Assembly (NCBI GenBank): GCA_964016885.1
Contig: OZ024742.1
Coordinates: forward strand, 118,358,001-118,422,000
Origin: Eledone cirrhosa
Lineage: Eukaryota
Length of the DNA stretch: 64,000 bases
Direction of reading: 5' to 3'
This document shows, in pieces, positions 52,751-64,000 of the stretch. Numbering within the stretch: position 1 is the first letter of the stretch; each line of letters starts with the position of its first letter. A program made the position numbers and the translations under genes. A model generated the notes under the pieces. It was not told the origin of the DNA. It was given only the letters and a program-made list of their open reading frames with translations, and searched no databases.

Positions 52751-52951
52751 TCCTTTGTCAGTGTTGAACAAAAGGGCAACGATGGTTGCTAAACACTGTA
52801 CGGCTTAATTCGGAATGTTTGTTTACAAACAAACCGATCAATATAATAAATGTTAGGTAAATCCATACGTACATATATATATGTGTGCATGTATGTATAT
52901 ATATACATACTACTGTACGTCTGTATACATATATGTATGTACGTATACATA

Positions 52952-53099
<148 letters not shown>

Positions 53100-53516
53100 G
53101 AAAACGCTTTAATAAAAAAAAATATCAACTGTAATGTATATATGCATGTATTTATGTGTTTATATGAGCGGGGATATGCAAGTAAATCTTACTTTGTGGA
53201 CAGCTGCCCCTTAGCATAATATTCATGCTAGAACAGCATATATTTGAAAGTTTTCAGGGAGTTGAATTACTGATTTTGGATCGGCAGCTTTAGCTTTGAA
53301 AATTGAAATGTGCAGTGTAAACATTTTTTATTATTCCTCCGGGGATGAATCTTCTCTGCCTTTTTCCATCTCTTTCTTTCTCTCTGGAAGAAATCAGCCG
53401 TAGTAAGACCTAAAAAAATGGTTAGATACACCGTGCTGCACCGTGCATCACGGTGGAGTTGAAAAGCAGACTCAGAACATGGCGTTGTGTGGGGGTGGCT
53501 CGCAGCCCAATGTTCA

Positions 53517-53793
53517 AGAAGAAGAAGAAGAAGAAGAAGAAGAAGAAGAAGAAGAAGAAGAAGAAGAAGAAGAAGAAGAAGAAGAAGAAGAAGAAGAAGA
53601 AGAAGGAGGAGGAGGTGGAGGAGGAGGGGGAGGAGGAGAAGAAGAAGAAGAAGAAGAAGAAGAAGAAGAAGAAGAAGAAGAAGAAGAAGGAGGAGGAGGA
53701 GGAGGAGGAGGAGGAGGAGGAGGAGGAGGAGGAGGAGGAGGGGGAGAGAAGAAGAAGAAGAAGAAGAAGAAGAAGAAGAAGAAGAAGAAGAAG

Positions 53794-53823
<30 letters not shown>
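53517..53823. repeat. (GAA)n/(GGA)n trinucleotide repeat
   Basis: Direct repeat; explains the poly-E/K/R ORFs. Confidence 0.97.
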
Positions 53824-53824
<1 letters not shown>

Positions 53825-53932
53825 GAGCTGGAGTCCTGTCAAATATGAAGGTTGTGTCTTAAATTGAAGGTTTAGTAGAAACAATTCATGTATAGTTTTG
53901 TACTTTTTTTTTGTCATTAATATATAAACAAA

Positions 53933-55041
53933 TCTACTATATAAATTGGAAGTGGTCGGACGTTGTATATGTAGGTGTAGTCAGATAAACGTCGAAACGG
54001 CTTGGTGGAATGCAGCGAAAATTTACAGTTATGCAGAATAACCCGAGGAGGCGTTGGGTCGACTTTCAAGCTACAAGCTTCCACGGTTACGGAGAAAATC
54101 GATGAAACAGGAATTTCCCATTCAAATTGAACTGAGAGTAATCTGTGAACGCAGAAGTAAATATTTCGAGAAACGTTGCAACCGAACGAAAACAGGAAGA
54201 CGATATTTTGGTTCGTGAAGACGTTCCCTGGCAATGAACAGGAAAAAAGAGAGAATAATACGTCGTTATGTGGAGCGTGAAGAACAATTTCATGAAAGAC
54301 AAGACCAAGTTTATGGTATAAATGGAGTCGTTAGACTAATATTCTATTTAAAATAGCAGAATGATTTCCAGCCCCGGAGTTTAAGAATGATGTAACTAAA
54401 ATTGAAAACGAAAATGACAGAGGTTATTAAAATAGTAAAAGTAAATAGTGAAGATTTAGGCGAGTACATACGTATGCCCCGACGGACATACACATACATA
54501 CGCACACACAAATACATACCCCCCCCCCCCCCCCATACACACACACACACACAAACACACATACACACACACACAACACACACACATACGCGCGCGTATG
54601 TATAAACCTTATGCATTTCTACAGTATTTTCACCAAACTTAAGACACAGGTTACTTATATACTCCGGATGGTAATGGGCACTGTCATTTTTCCAGATATT
54701 GATTATAGGGTCCCCGGCAGATAACCCCTTTAACCACTTTAACCATTTTCTTGGAGTCGACTGAAGCACTGCAGTGCAATGCAACAAAACGCCATAACTT
54801 CTGGAGTTCGCAACCGATTTTCACAAAACTTGACACATAGGCTACGTTTGTCCTACAGATGAATGTTAACTCTCTGAATTGGCACATATTGGGTAGGGGA
54901 CCCCTGGGGGCAGGAACACGCTTTTGGAAAAAGCCGATGATTTTGTAAAAGTATAGTTTTCGAAGCAGCACTGAAGTATTGACATAAATGGTATACACAA
55001 CTGCTATTTAATATCCGAGCAACGCCGGGTACCTCTGCTAG
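53933..55041 (+). mobile_element. non-autonomous Helitron
   Basis: A|TCTACTATATAAA 5' end; subterminal GC-rich CCGAGCAACGCCGGG and CTAG|T 3' end; no TSD. Pairing of the two ends into one element is inferred. Confidence 0.7.
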
Positions 55042-55117
55042 TATATATATATAAGGAAAAGGGATGAAATCGAAAATGCAACTGGAGTCCTTTTTTAAAA
55101 ATATATTTATTTGGTTC

Positions 55118-55153
55118 CTTTATCGGTTTCGCAGTTCTTGTGCTTTTCAAAAG
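55118..55153 (-). ncRNA. minimal hammerhead with U3-A8 core
   Basis: CTT-TTGAAAA-GCAC aagaa CTGC-GAAA-CCGA-TA-AAG. Confidence 0.65.
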
Positions 55154-55224
55154 TAGAATTGAGATGGAGGGTTTGTGGTTTCTCTCACATCTGGTTGGTG
55201 TTTGAATGTTACTTCTGCTTTATA

Positions 55225-55580
55225 TGGAAAAAAGTGGCTCGAAATGCTAGGTTTTTAGAGAGGTAATTTGATTTTTTGATTACTGTCATGTGAATAAATA
55301 TAATAAATTTCGCGCCAGTTCGTGTTACAAAGTTCTTATTATATTTGCCTTAAAAAAGAGGAGGGGGGCTCAGATTGTTTTTTCATATATGAGTGAAGTT
55401 TGGTTGGTTGATGCAGTCACGTGAATAAGCACATTAGCTTTCGCGCCAGCTTCTGTTTGAATTTCTTTTTACTTTAAAAAAAGTGGCTCACGAAGGCCTT
55501 TTTTTATAAATGTAATTTGATTGGTTATAAATGAAATTATGCCTGTCACGTGAACAAGTACATTAAATTTCGCGCCCGTA
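55225..55580. promoter_or_regulatory. three about 130-bp units carrying E-box plus E2F-like sites
   Basis: GTCA(C/T)GTGA at 55285, 55416, 55545; TTTCGCGCC at 55308, 55439, 55568. Confidence 0.6.
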
Positions 55581-56019
55581 TTTTGGAATTTTTTTGTAGC
55601 CATTTAGAGAATTTTGTGCAAAAGATAATGGTCAAGAAAAGGGTGATAGGGAGAATTGTTCTGGTTCAGTGAATATGGCTGGTGCGCTGGGGTGTGTGTG
55701 TGTGTATGTGTGTGTGTTGTGTGTGGGGGGGGGGGGTGTAGGAAGATTATTCTATTAGTAGAAATGGGGCAGAGAGTTGTGTGTGTGTGTGTATGGGTGT
55801 TATATGTGTGTGTGTGTGGGAGTATGGTTAGCATGTTAAGATGGAGAGAATATATATTTTGTGTGTGTGTGTATAGGACAATGATTCCGTTAGTAGAAAT
55901 GGGTGAGGGAGTTATGTGTGTGGGGTGTGGTTAGCATGTTAAGGTGTTAGAGTATTAACGTATGTTAAGGTATATTTAGCTCTGGGTTTTTATTTTCGAA
56001 AATAGGTGTTATGTGTGTG

Positions 56020-58040
56020 TGTATGTATGTTTGAAACTTCTCCACCCAACAAATTAAGATTCTCTCCAAAGGACTGAAATTCACACTAACACCACAATAC
56101 TCTAACCTCAATGAGATAAATGACGATATCTCACATTTCTCTAGAAAATTACGTCTCACAGAGGAATTTTTTGACAAGGAGAATAACGACCAATCAATTC
56201 TACGGAATAAAAGCAGCTACAACCCAACAAAGGGTAGGAACAGAGTCTGGGCAAATTTTGTGACCACATAGCAACTTTCCCATACCATGAACTACCGCAA
56301 CCTAAACCCAAACCCAACACGAGTCTAAGAGAATGGGAGATTATCCATTAACTAAAAAAGAATACTGACATTATAATTAAGGAAGCGGACAAGGGAAGTA
56401 CTGTCGTCATTATGGATGCTGAACAATATAAAAATTCTATGTTCTCTCTCTTACAAGATACTAACTACTATGAAAGAGTAAAAAAACTACCAGCAATCAA
56501 AAACGATGACCAGATTAAACACATTCATTTGTCGATACCAAGAAGACTTAACTAAAAAGGAACGCGATATTTTAACACATTTTGAATACAAAACCAGCAA
56601 CCTTTACGGACTTCCGAAGATACACAAGTGTAAAATAATTAATGATGCCTGTAAACAATCCACCTCAACCCGCGTGAACACACAATACCCCACAGACCTT
56701 AAATTAAGACCGATTGTAGCGGGCCCACAATGTGAAACACACAGTCTAAGCAACTTTATACACATACTATTAAAACCTATTCTCAAACACATACCAAGCC
56801 TTGTAAGAGACGTTCTGGACCTCTTAAACCATCTCCCCAAACATGTCAACAACGACACTATTATTGTGTCTTTCTAAGTAGTGAATCTCTACACAACGAT
56901 CCCACGCCAATAAGGACTAGAAGCAATAGGATTCTGGCTAGAGAAATATCCCAATGAGATACCTGAAAGAATAGAAAAAAGCTTCATCACCGAGGGAGTA
57001 AAATTTATTTTACAGAACAACTTTTTTGATTTCGATGGCAATACTTACAAGCAAATATCGGGGACTGCGATGGGTACAAAAGCCGCTCCAACATATGCCA
57101 ACTTAGTCATGGCATACTTCGAAGTCCAGATATATGAACAGTCCAAATCAAAATACGGATTGAACTTCCACAAATATTTATCAGAGAATTGGAAACACTA
57201 CCTGGATGATTGTCTCATTCTTTGGTCTCACACACTCGACCAACTAAATGATTTCAAAAATTTAATTAACGGCATCAATAACCACATCCAATTCACGATG
57301 GAATACACTCACGATGGAATCAACTCCCATTTCTGGACATCTTAATCATAAAAAAGACACAAATATTGAAACTGACATACACTACAAACCAACAGATTCC
57401 AAACAATACCTGCTATTCACCTCCAACCATCCAAACAAACATGAATACGAACATCCCTTTTAACCTAGCAAGAAGAAGTTGAACAATTTTCTCCAATTAT
57501 GAAACGCGAAATAAAAGACTTCAAGAATTAAAGGAAATTCTGCTCGAAAAACAGTACCCACCATTACTAATAAATAATGGAATAGAAAGGGCTAAAGCAA
57601 TAGGCATTGATGAATTACGAAAACAGAAACAAATTCAAGGTACGTCCAATATTCTATCATATATCTCAACACACAACCCAAAAAATGCGGAAGCTTACAA
57701 CATTATTCACAAGAACATCCCACTATTGAATCAAGACCCAAGAATGAAACAAAATAATAAAAAGCAAAAGACAACCGAAATCACTAAAAACATTACTCAC
57801 CAATACCAAATTACCTACCACAAACCCACACCCAACTGACAAAAAATGTGGTCGCTCTAATTGTGGAACCTGCACTCACCTCATTAAAGGCAACATGTAT
57901 ACATTTCAATCAGGACTAAATTTTGCTGTAAAAAATCACTTCACTTGCTCATCGAAAAATTTAATTTATGCCATTAAATGAAGATTATATAGGACCAACT
58001 AAACTCACACTCAGAAACAGAATGACAATTCATCGCCAAT
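56020..58040 (+). pseudogene. decayed Penelope-like ORF (RT, Cys linker, GIY-YIG; Neptune-like)
   Basis: LSKGLKF, ADKGSTVVIMD, LYGLPKIHK, LRPIVAGP, GTAMGTKAAPTYANL, YLDDCL, PFLD, YKPTD, CGRSNCGTC, NLIYAI, YIG.TK.TLRNRMTIHRQ. Confidence 0.9.
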
Positions 58041-58249
58041 GTGTCCTTGGAAAGATCGTTGCAACTTGTGTTTCTGTTGTCTGTTGGCCATTTACAGATT
58101 TTATAATCGTGGCTTCGCAGGCTATTGATCTTGTGATACATTTTTGTTTTAAGGACATTATACTTTTCTCCTGTGTGAGTATTCTTGTTTGTCCTCTGGT
58201 GTTCTTTTTGCGGTTTCTTTTCCTTTCATCAACGACCTGCAAGAGTACC

Positions 58250-58539
58250 TAACTCTCACGGACAGTCTGTTAAATATCTTATTACAACTAGGACTAATAA
58301 TATGCACCATGAGTACCATAACCATTTCCAAGCTAAACTTTCACATGATATCGATAAATTTAAATCTTCTAAATATATCTTTGTCTTTTCTGATAAAGCA
58401 AAAACACTTATATGATGTAGATACATATAAATATAATCAATTATTACTTAGTAATATCATTAATAAATACTTGAAAGCTAAGCCAACCACCTATAATGAT
58501 ATTAAAAATGAAGCTAAAAATATCGCTAAAAACACTTAA
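58250..58539 (+). pseudogene. Penelope-like N-terminal fragment related to 29430-29700
   Basis: FQAKLSHDIDKFKSSKYIFVFSDK / YNQLLLSNIINKYLK resembles FQKELYSIDTKLKDSSKV..YNNFI. Confidence 0.6.
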
Positions 58540-58549
58540 AGATAGATAT

Positions 58550-58985
58550 ATTTCTTTATTTGCCGCAAGGGCGCAAAAGAAAAGGGGACAATACAAAGAC
58601 ATACGGCGGGGATTTTACATACAATCGTGTAAAAGAGTTTTAACATGAAAATATAACAATCGAAATTCCCCAATAGGGGCAAGGCGTTTCAAATGGGTTG
58701 CTTTATACCCCGTAGATAGAACAACCTTCAACTCCAGGAGCATGTTGTGCAAGTCTCCTTTCTTCCTTTTGCTCTCTTCTTCAGCCTACATGTTTATATA
58801 CAAAGAAGGCCCAATCACTCGGGCCATTGTTGCCACATTCACCCACCTTTCAGTAAATTTACTGGGGTGCAGTACGTCTCTCTTCACTCTAATTTTCCTT
58901 CTAAAGTGGTACTAAAGAAGAGAATGCGTTGTTGTCCGGAGAGAAAGGCATCTGTCATCAGTCCTCTCAACCTTGTCCACCATGT
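58550..58985 (-). mobile_element. Tx1 3' fragment
   Basis: Homologous to 39463-39910; CCCCTATTGGGG, AATAAAG, then TCTATCT. Confidence 0.85.
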
Positions 58986-61822
58986 AACCACTTTCAAAAG
59001 TAGGTATTTCAAACGAATGAAAGTTCTAGTCTTATAAAGGTCAGGCTTTTATGTGTGTAAATGTATAGGTGTGTATCCATTAACCCCGGATCACAGATAT
59101 ATCTTGTTGGTGTTAAACCCCAGGTTAGTCCTAATTAGTGGAACTTTAATCAATTGTATCGCAGTAGTGACCACCCCCGTGTCTTTTTAGTTGTATATAA
59201 AACTATATTATCTCATTTTTACCACGTTTACAGTAAAATATTATATGTGATTTGTTAGTAAGTAGTTCTGTAAGCAATGTGTTTTGTAAGAATGATTAAT
59301 GTTAATCAAACACGCATATGTGGCCAATGCTGTTTAGAAAACTCATCGTATTTCAGGCTAATAACGTTATTATTACAGGTTTTAGAAACCAAGCTACAGA
59401 AAAATAAATTGCATTTGTGCTTGGAAAAGGAGAGACATAAACTCGTTAAATTGATAAAGAACAGTTTACCAGGAAGTTGCGTCTGCTACAATGTGTGAAA
59501 GTTTTTTTATGTACGTGTGTTGATGTAGCTCTTGACATTCAAAACTGATAGAAGATGAAATTAAGGTGAATCGGACTTACACCAGTAATTAATAAAATAT
59601 AAAAAGAACGCTTTCATCCAAAGACAAAAATCAAAACTTGATATATATTGAAATATATATGTCCTCGTTGTATGGTAGCATTTTACATTGCTTGTAGTGA
59701 TTGATGTGAACAAGAGAAGAGCAAGAGATAAGTGTTTTTATTTTTAATTCTTGGTTAAAATGTTTTCACATAACGTACGCCATTAATTCCTCTTGGAAAA
59801 GCATGAATGTTACAAATTCTTATTTTACCCACCATCACAGTTTATATTTAGACAAAATAATATTTTTATTCACTGGGAAAAAGTAATGGTAAGATAATTA
59901 TTATGACAATAGCGAATCAGATATTTTATTCATGAACACTTTTAAAGGCACCCCCGTCAAATATTGCCACTAATAATTCAAAGACAATAATTCTATAGAG
60001 AGTTACTCGGCATCACGGCAGCTGAACAACAAAAACATCTATTTATCTGTCTACCACGTAGGTATTACCACTGTCACCTCTGCAGGGTCAATTGAAAAGG
60101 TACATGGTATTCTTGTTGATGTTTATTCCCAGGTCAGCTATGATTGAACAAATATATCATGAAAAGCATTCCCGCCTTGACCATTTCGTCTATTTCGTGC
60201 ACAGTGTTTCTTAACTATAGGGTGTGATTTAGCCACGTGGTAACCATGCAGATGATTCCTCATTGGCTGGAATAAATACAAACAATACATTATGGTAGAA
60301 CTGCAGATGACCAAATTTACGAACGACAAGACAACCAGCTGACCGGTAGGTGTTTCATATTTCATTACTGGTACAATATTGTCCAGTTGTAATGGTTAAG
60401 TAACAACGACATCGTCTGACTTAGGTGAGATTCGCTCGCTTGCAATACTGGGCCCAGTTATTGTGAGGATTTTGCCACTCTTCTTCAAAACAAAGATGGA
60501 TAAGTGTAGAGCTAACATCCACTTTCATTAGACTTGCATGGTCTCTAAAAACCAATAATCCAAGAAACGTCAAACCATTTGGTGAATCACAAAATTATTA
60601 AATATGTCCACTTCCAATTTCCTATAGACTCGTTACGGAACATTTAGTTCTATTTATTAAATATTCTGCAGTTATTCATGTGCTCCTCGTATAGGTGTGT
60701 GACTCTGTGAGCATAGTGCAATAAAAGGCCGCCAAATACAACTCATGGGTTAAAGTTGACTGATAACATCTTCTGAGGAAACACCAAAACATTTTGGAGC
60801 ACCCTCTTATTTCAAGACACGAAATAGATGATAGCCCTCATCAAAGATGAGTATCATTCATGATTTCTATTTCACAGAGGGACCAAATATCCTGAAAACC
60901 AACTGGAACATGAACATCCTCAGCAACTTTTAAGACAAGAAATATGGAAAGAACTTGAATCTGTCTAAAAGGATGGCATAATGCAGGGACATTTGGAAGG
61001 TAATATTAGTGGACAATGCTCCGAAAAAGCGAAAAAGCTAAGAAGAATAAGATGAATTCGTGCGTGGAGAAACGTGGAGGAGTATGTGTTAAAATTCTTA
61101 GTTCATATGCTCGGTTGAAAGGATTTTATATCATTTATGATCATACTAATGGCCTGACCATTGTACATAATCATTCGCTCATATAAAATATGATTTGTCC
61201 ATAGATAAAATATATCAATTTTTTGCATTAATATGGTAACCGACATAGAATAAATGCAAGCTGCCGGTAAAATAGTTCTGAGATTCGGTTGCAGTTCTCG
61301 CTGGTAGCTATTCCAATTCATCTTCCTCCACAGATTCATACACGTTACACCAATATATTTTCGGACTTCAATAATCTGAAACTTGAGGCACGTGTGAAAT
61401 ATTCATATTTGCTTACACGTTTTCATTTCTGCTTTATGAAAAATATTTATGCAATACACACACACACATACACACACACACACACTCATACAAGCATACA
61501 GAGACACACACATACTCACAGTTAGACATATATGTGTGTGTGCGTGTGTTTGTGTTTGTGTGTGCTCGCACGTGCGTGTGTGTGTATGTGTGTGTGTTGA
61601 TATAATAAATGATGTGTTAGTTCGTTGGCTGAATGTCACGTTTGACGACATATCGAGAGAGGGAAGAGAGAGTAAATGAGAGATAAGAGAGAATTAATAT
61701 ATGGTGGGAGAATTAGTATGTGGTGGGAGAGATAGAAAAATAGCTATACTGGAGAGGCTCACATACACAATGACATATAGGCTCCACACAAGTACATGTC
61801 ATCTACTTAGGTTATTTGTATA

Positions 61823-61897
<75 letters not shown>

Positions 61898-62079
61898 ATG
61901 TATATATATATAATTGGAAATCAGTAAAATCGAATCTCTGGCGGTTTGCAAGTAAATTCGGCCTACTTATATGAAATGATGAGTTAGCAAAGCACTCGAT
62001 AAGATAGGACCTCAGAGTAATAACATACGTTTAAATAGCTTGACAAATCGAACATTGTGGTAGGCGAAACTAACACACA

Positions 62080-62139
<60 letters not shown>

Positions 62140-62290
62140 GATGAGCAGAACAAACAAACATTAAACAATCCTTTAAATAAATTAAAAAATGATTTAAATA
62201 TCTACCTGTTCGTAATGCTATTACCGTCGGTTTCGAATAGACACCCTATATATCTCTATGGGTACTTACTACTCAGAGAGTTATTTACCT

Positions 62291-62625
<335 letters not shown>

Positions 62626-63059
62626 TATTGACATACATATATACCGTATATGTATGCATGTGTATGAATTCAAATAGTCCTCCATACACAACATTTTCTG
62701 TGTACAAAGGTAATATACACACAATTAAGGGTACTGATTTTTCTACGTAAGACATGGTAACGCAGCACCCACCTCATTGATTATATTAATATTTCTTTTG
62801 GATCAAACCTAATATATATATATATATATTTAAGGATGGTCAAGTTGCCAATATTGCCAATAGAAACACACCCACCATATAATTTTTACTTTATCTTTAT
62901 TGTTCTTTCGTCACACATTATGTGACCTCCTCAATGACTATCTGCTTTGTGTCTCCTCTTTTACCTGGTCTTAAACTTCTACTCCATCTTGTCTTTGTGT
63001 TCTGGTGCGTTTTTCTTATTGTTATTATTATTATTTTCTTGTTCTTCTTTTTCTTCTCC

Positions 63060-63790
63060 CACTTATTTCTTGGGGGATCGTGAGGTCAAAATCCTCAGAC
63101 ATGTCTTCCAGAGGGTTCCTAAAAGGAAACGAGCTGAGCTCTTTCGTTTTATCCAATCATCTTGCTCGTGGTCTTCCTCTGCGGATCCTACCGGTGTAGT
63201 TTGTCTATAAAATCTGACCAACGACTCTTTCCTTAGACATTCCCAAAACATCTCTCTAGTATCAGAGCTGTGATCCTTCGATTCGGAGAAGTAGTAGCTC
63301 TGCCTGGCATAACATCCTGATCACCGAGCCATATTACTCCAAATACCTTTCAGAGCATCACCGAGGAATATTACTCCAAATATCTTTCAGAGGAACCCCA
63401 TTTCGGCCGCTTGTATTCGCCATCGTACTCTTTTGGTCATTACCCAAGATTCCTGACCATTGGTAAGCGCTGATACAAATACCGAACTGATGACCAAACG
63501 CTCAAGTTGGCGCATTACCTCACCATATCATGCAATTCTTGCATTTAATCCAAACTCCTTCTTTCCATCACTCGTGAACACGGCCCCGAGATACTAGAGC
63601 CACTTCACCTGCTTCAGTGTAACTCCACTCACATGTAGAGTGTACTGCGCAGGCTTTCTTGTGTGGACAAGTATCTCTGTCTTCGCAGCACTGATTTTCA
63701 TTCCAGTCATGAAGTAAACCTATGCAGTGCATGACAAAGATCATTCCATGATCTTTCTCAGAAAAAGAAGATAGAGTACATCAAATAAAA
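63060..63790 (-). mobile_element. decayed RTE (Expander/Rex3-like) LINE 3' part
   Basis: Hand translation: GMKISAAKTEIL..LKQV..YLGAVFTSDG, GQESWVMT..IQAAEMGFL, RGRPRARWLD. Confidence 0.75.
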
Positions 63791-63959
63791 TAGCCGACAT
63801 GATGGAGCAAGTATAGTTGTTGAGAAGGTCACCTAGGAATAGATTAAGCACCTGACTAAGCATAAAACCCAAGTGAAAAACATGGTGCGTGTGTTTTTAT
63901 TGGTAGCATGACCCTCCCGAAGTATAGAAATATCTGTTTCAAATATATATATATACATA

Positions 63960-64000
<41 letters not shown>

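Larger units (their letters stand above)
52128..52950 (+). repeat. 437-bp-period tandem repeat with one hammerhead per unit
   Basis: 52128-52515 matches 52565-52950; inverted end fragment at 52070-52128; junction piece inverted at 23075-23145. Confidence 0.92.

Noticed and set aside
53267-53917. Poly-L/S/E/K/R ORFs
   Set aside because: Translations of (GAA)n/(GGA)n.
59050-61400. Possible host exons in repeat-poor sequence (also 1-1800 and 6000-7200)
   Set aside because: No recognisable protein motif or supportable splice pattern; small exons cannot be excluded without RNA-seq.
62215-62280. Minus-strand GAAA-CCGACGG-TA with upstream CTGAGTA
   Set aside because: Non-canonical core and mismatched helix I.

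Overview
AT-rich, microsatellite-dense eukaryotic DNA with no host gene I can support; nearly all listed short ORFs are (TA)n/(TG)n/(GAA)n artefacts. The repeat content suggests a cephalopod such as Octopus (inference). The window is mostly retroelement sequence: a full-length Tx1/L1-clade LINE in (TAA)n, a tandem pair plus fragments of a second Tx1 family at (TCTA)n sites, a full-length RTE LINE, a 5'-truncated R4/Dong-like element, Penelope-like element (PLE) fragments of at least two RT types, about 12 copies of a tRNA-derived SINE, a Tc1/mariner-type MITE and a non-autonomous Helitron. All long ORFs are disrupted. The main signal is non-coding. There are at least six clear and three weaker families of type I hammerhead ribozyme motifs, mostly minimal with a palindromic helix III, in short repeats. 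Two occur as tandem units of 559 and 437 bp (retrozyme-like), one has a U3-A8 core, two share an octamer module, and one sits behind an E-box/E2F cassette with fixed spacing. An HDV-like ribozyme marks the RTE 5' end. All structures were folded by eye; no activity or database novelty was tested.
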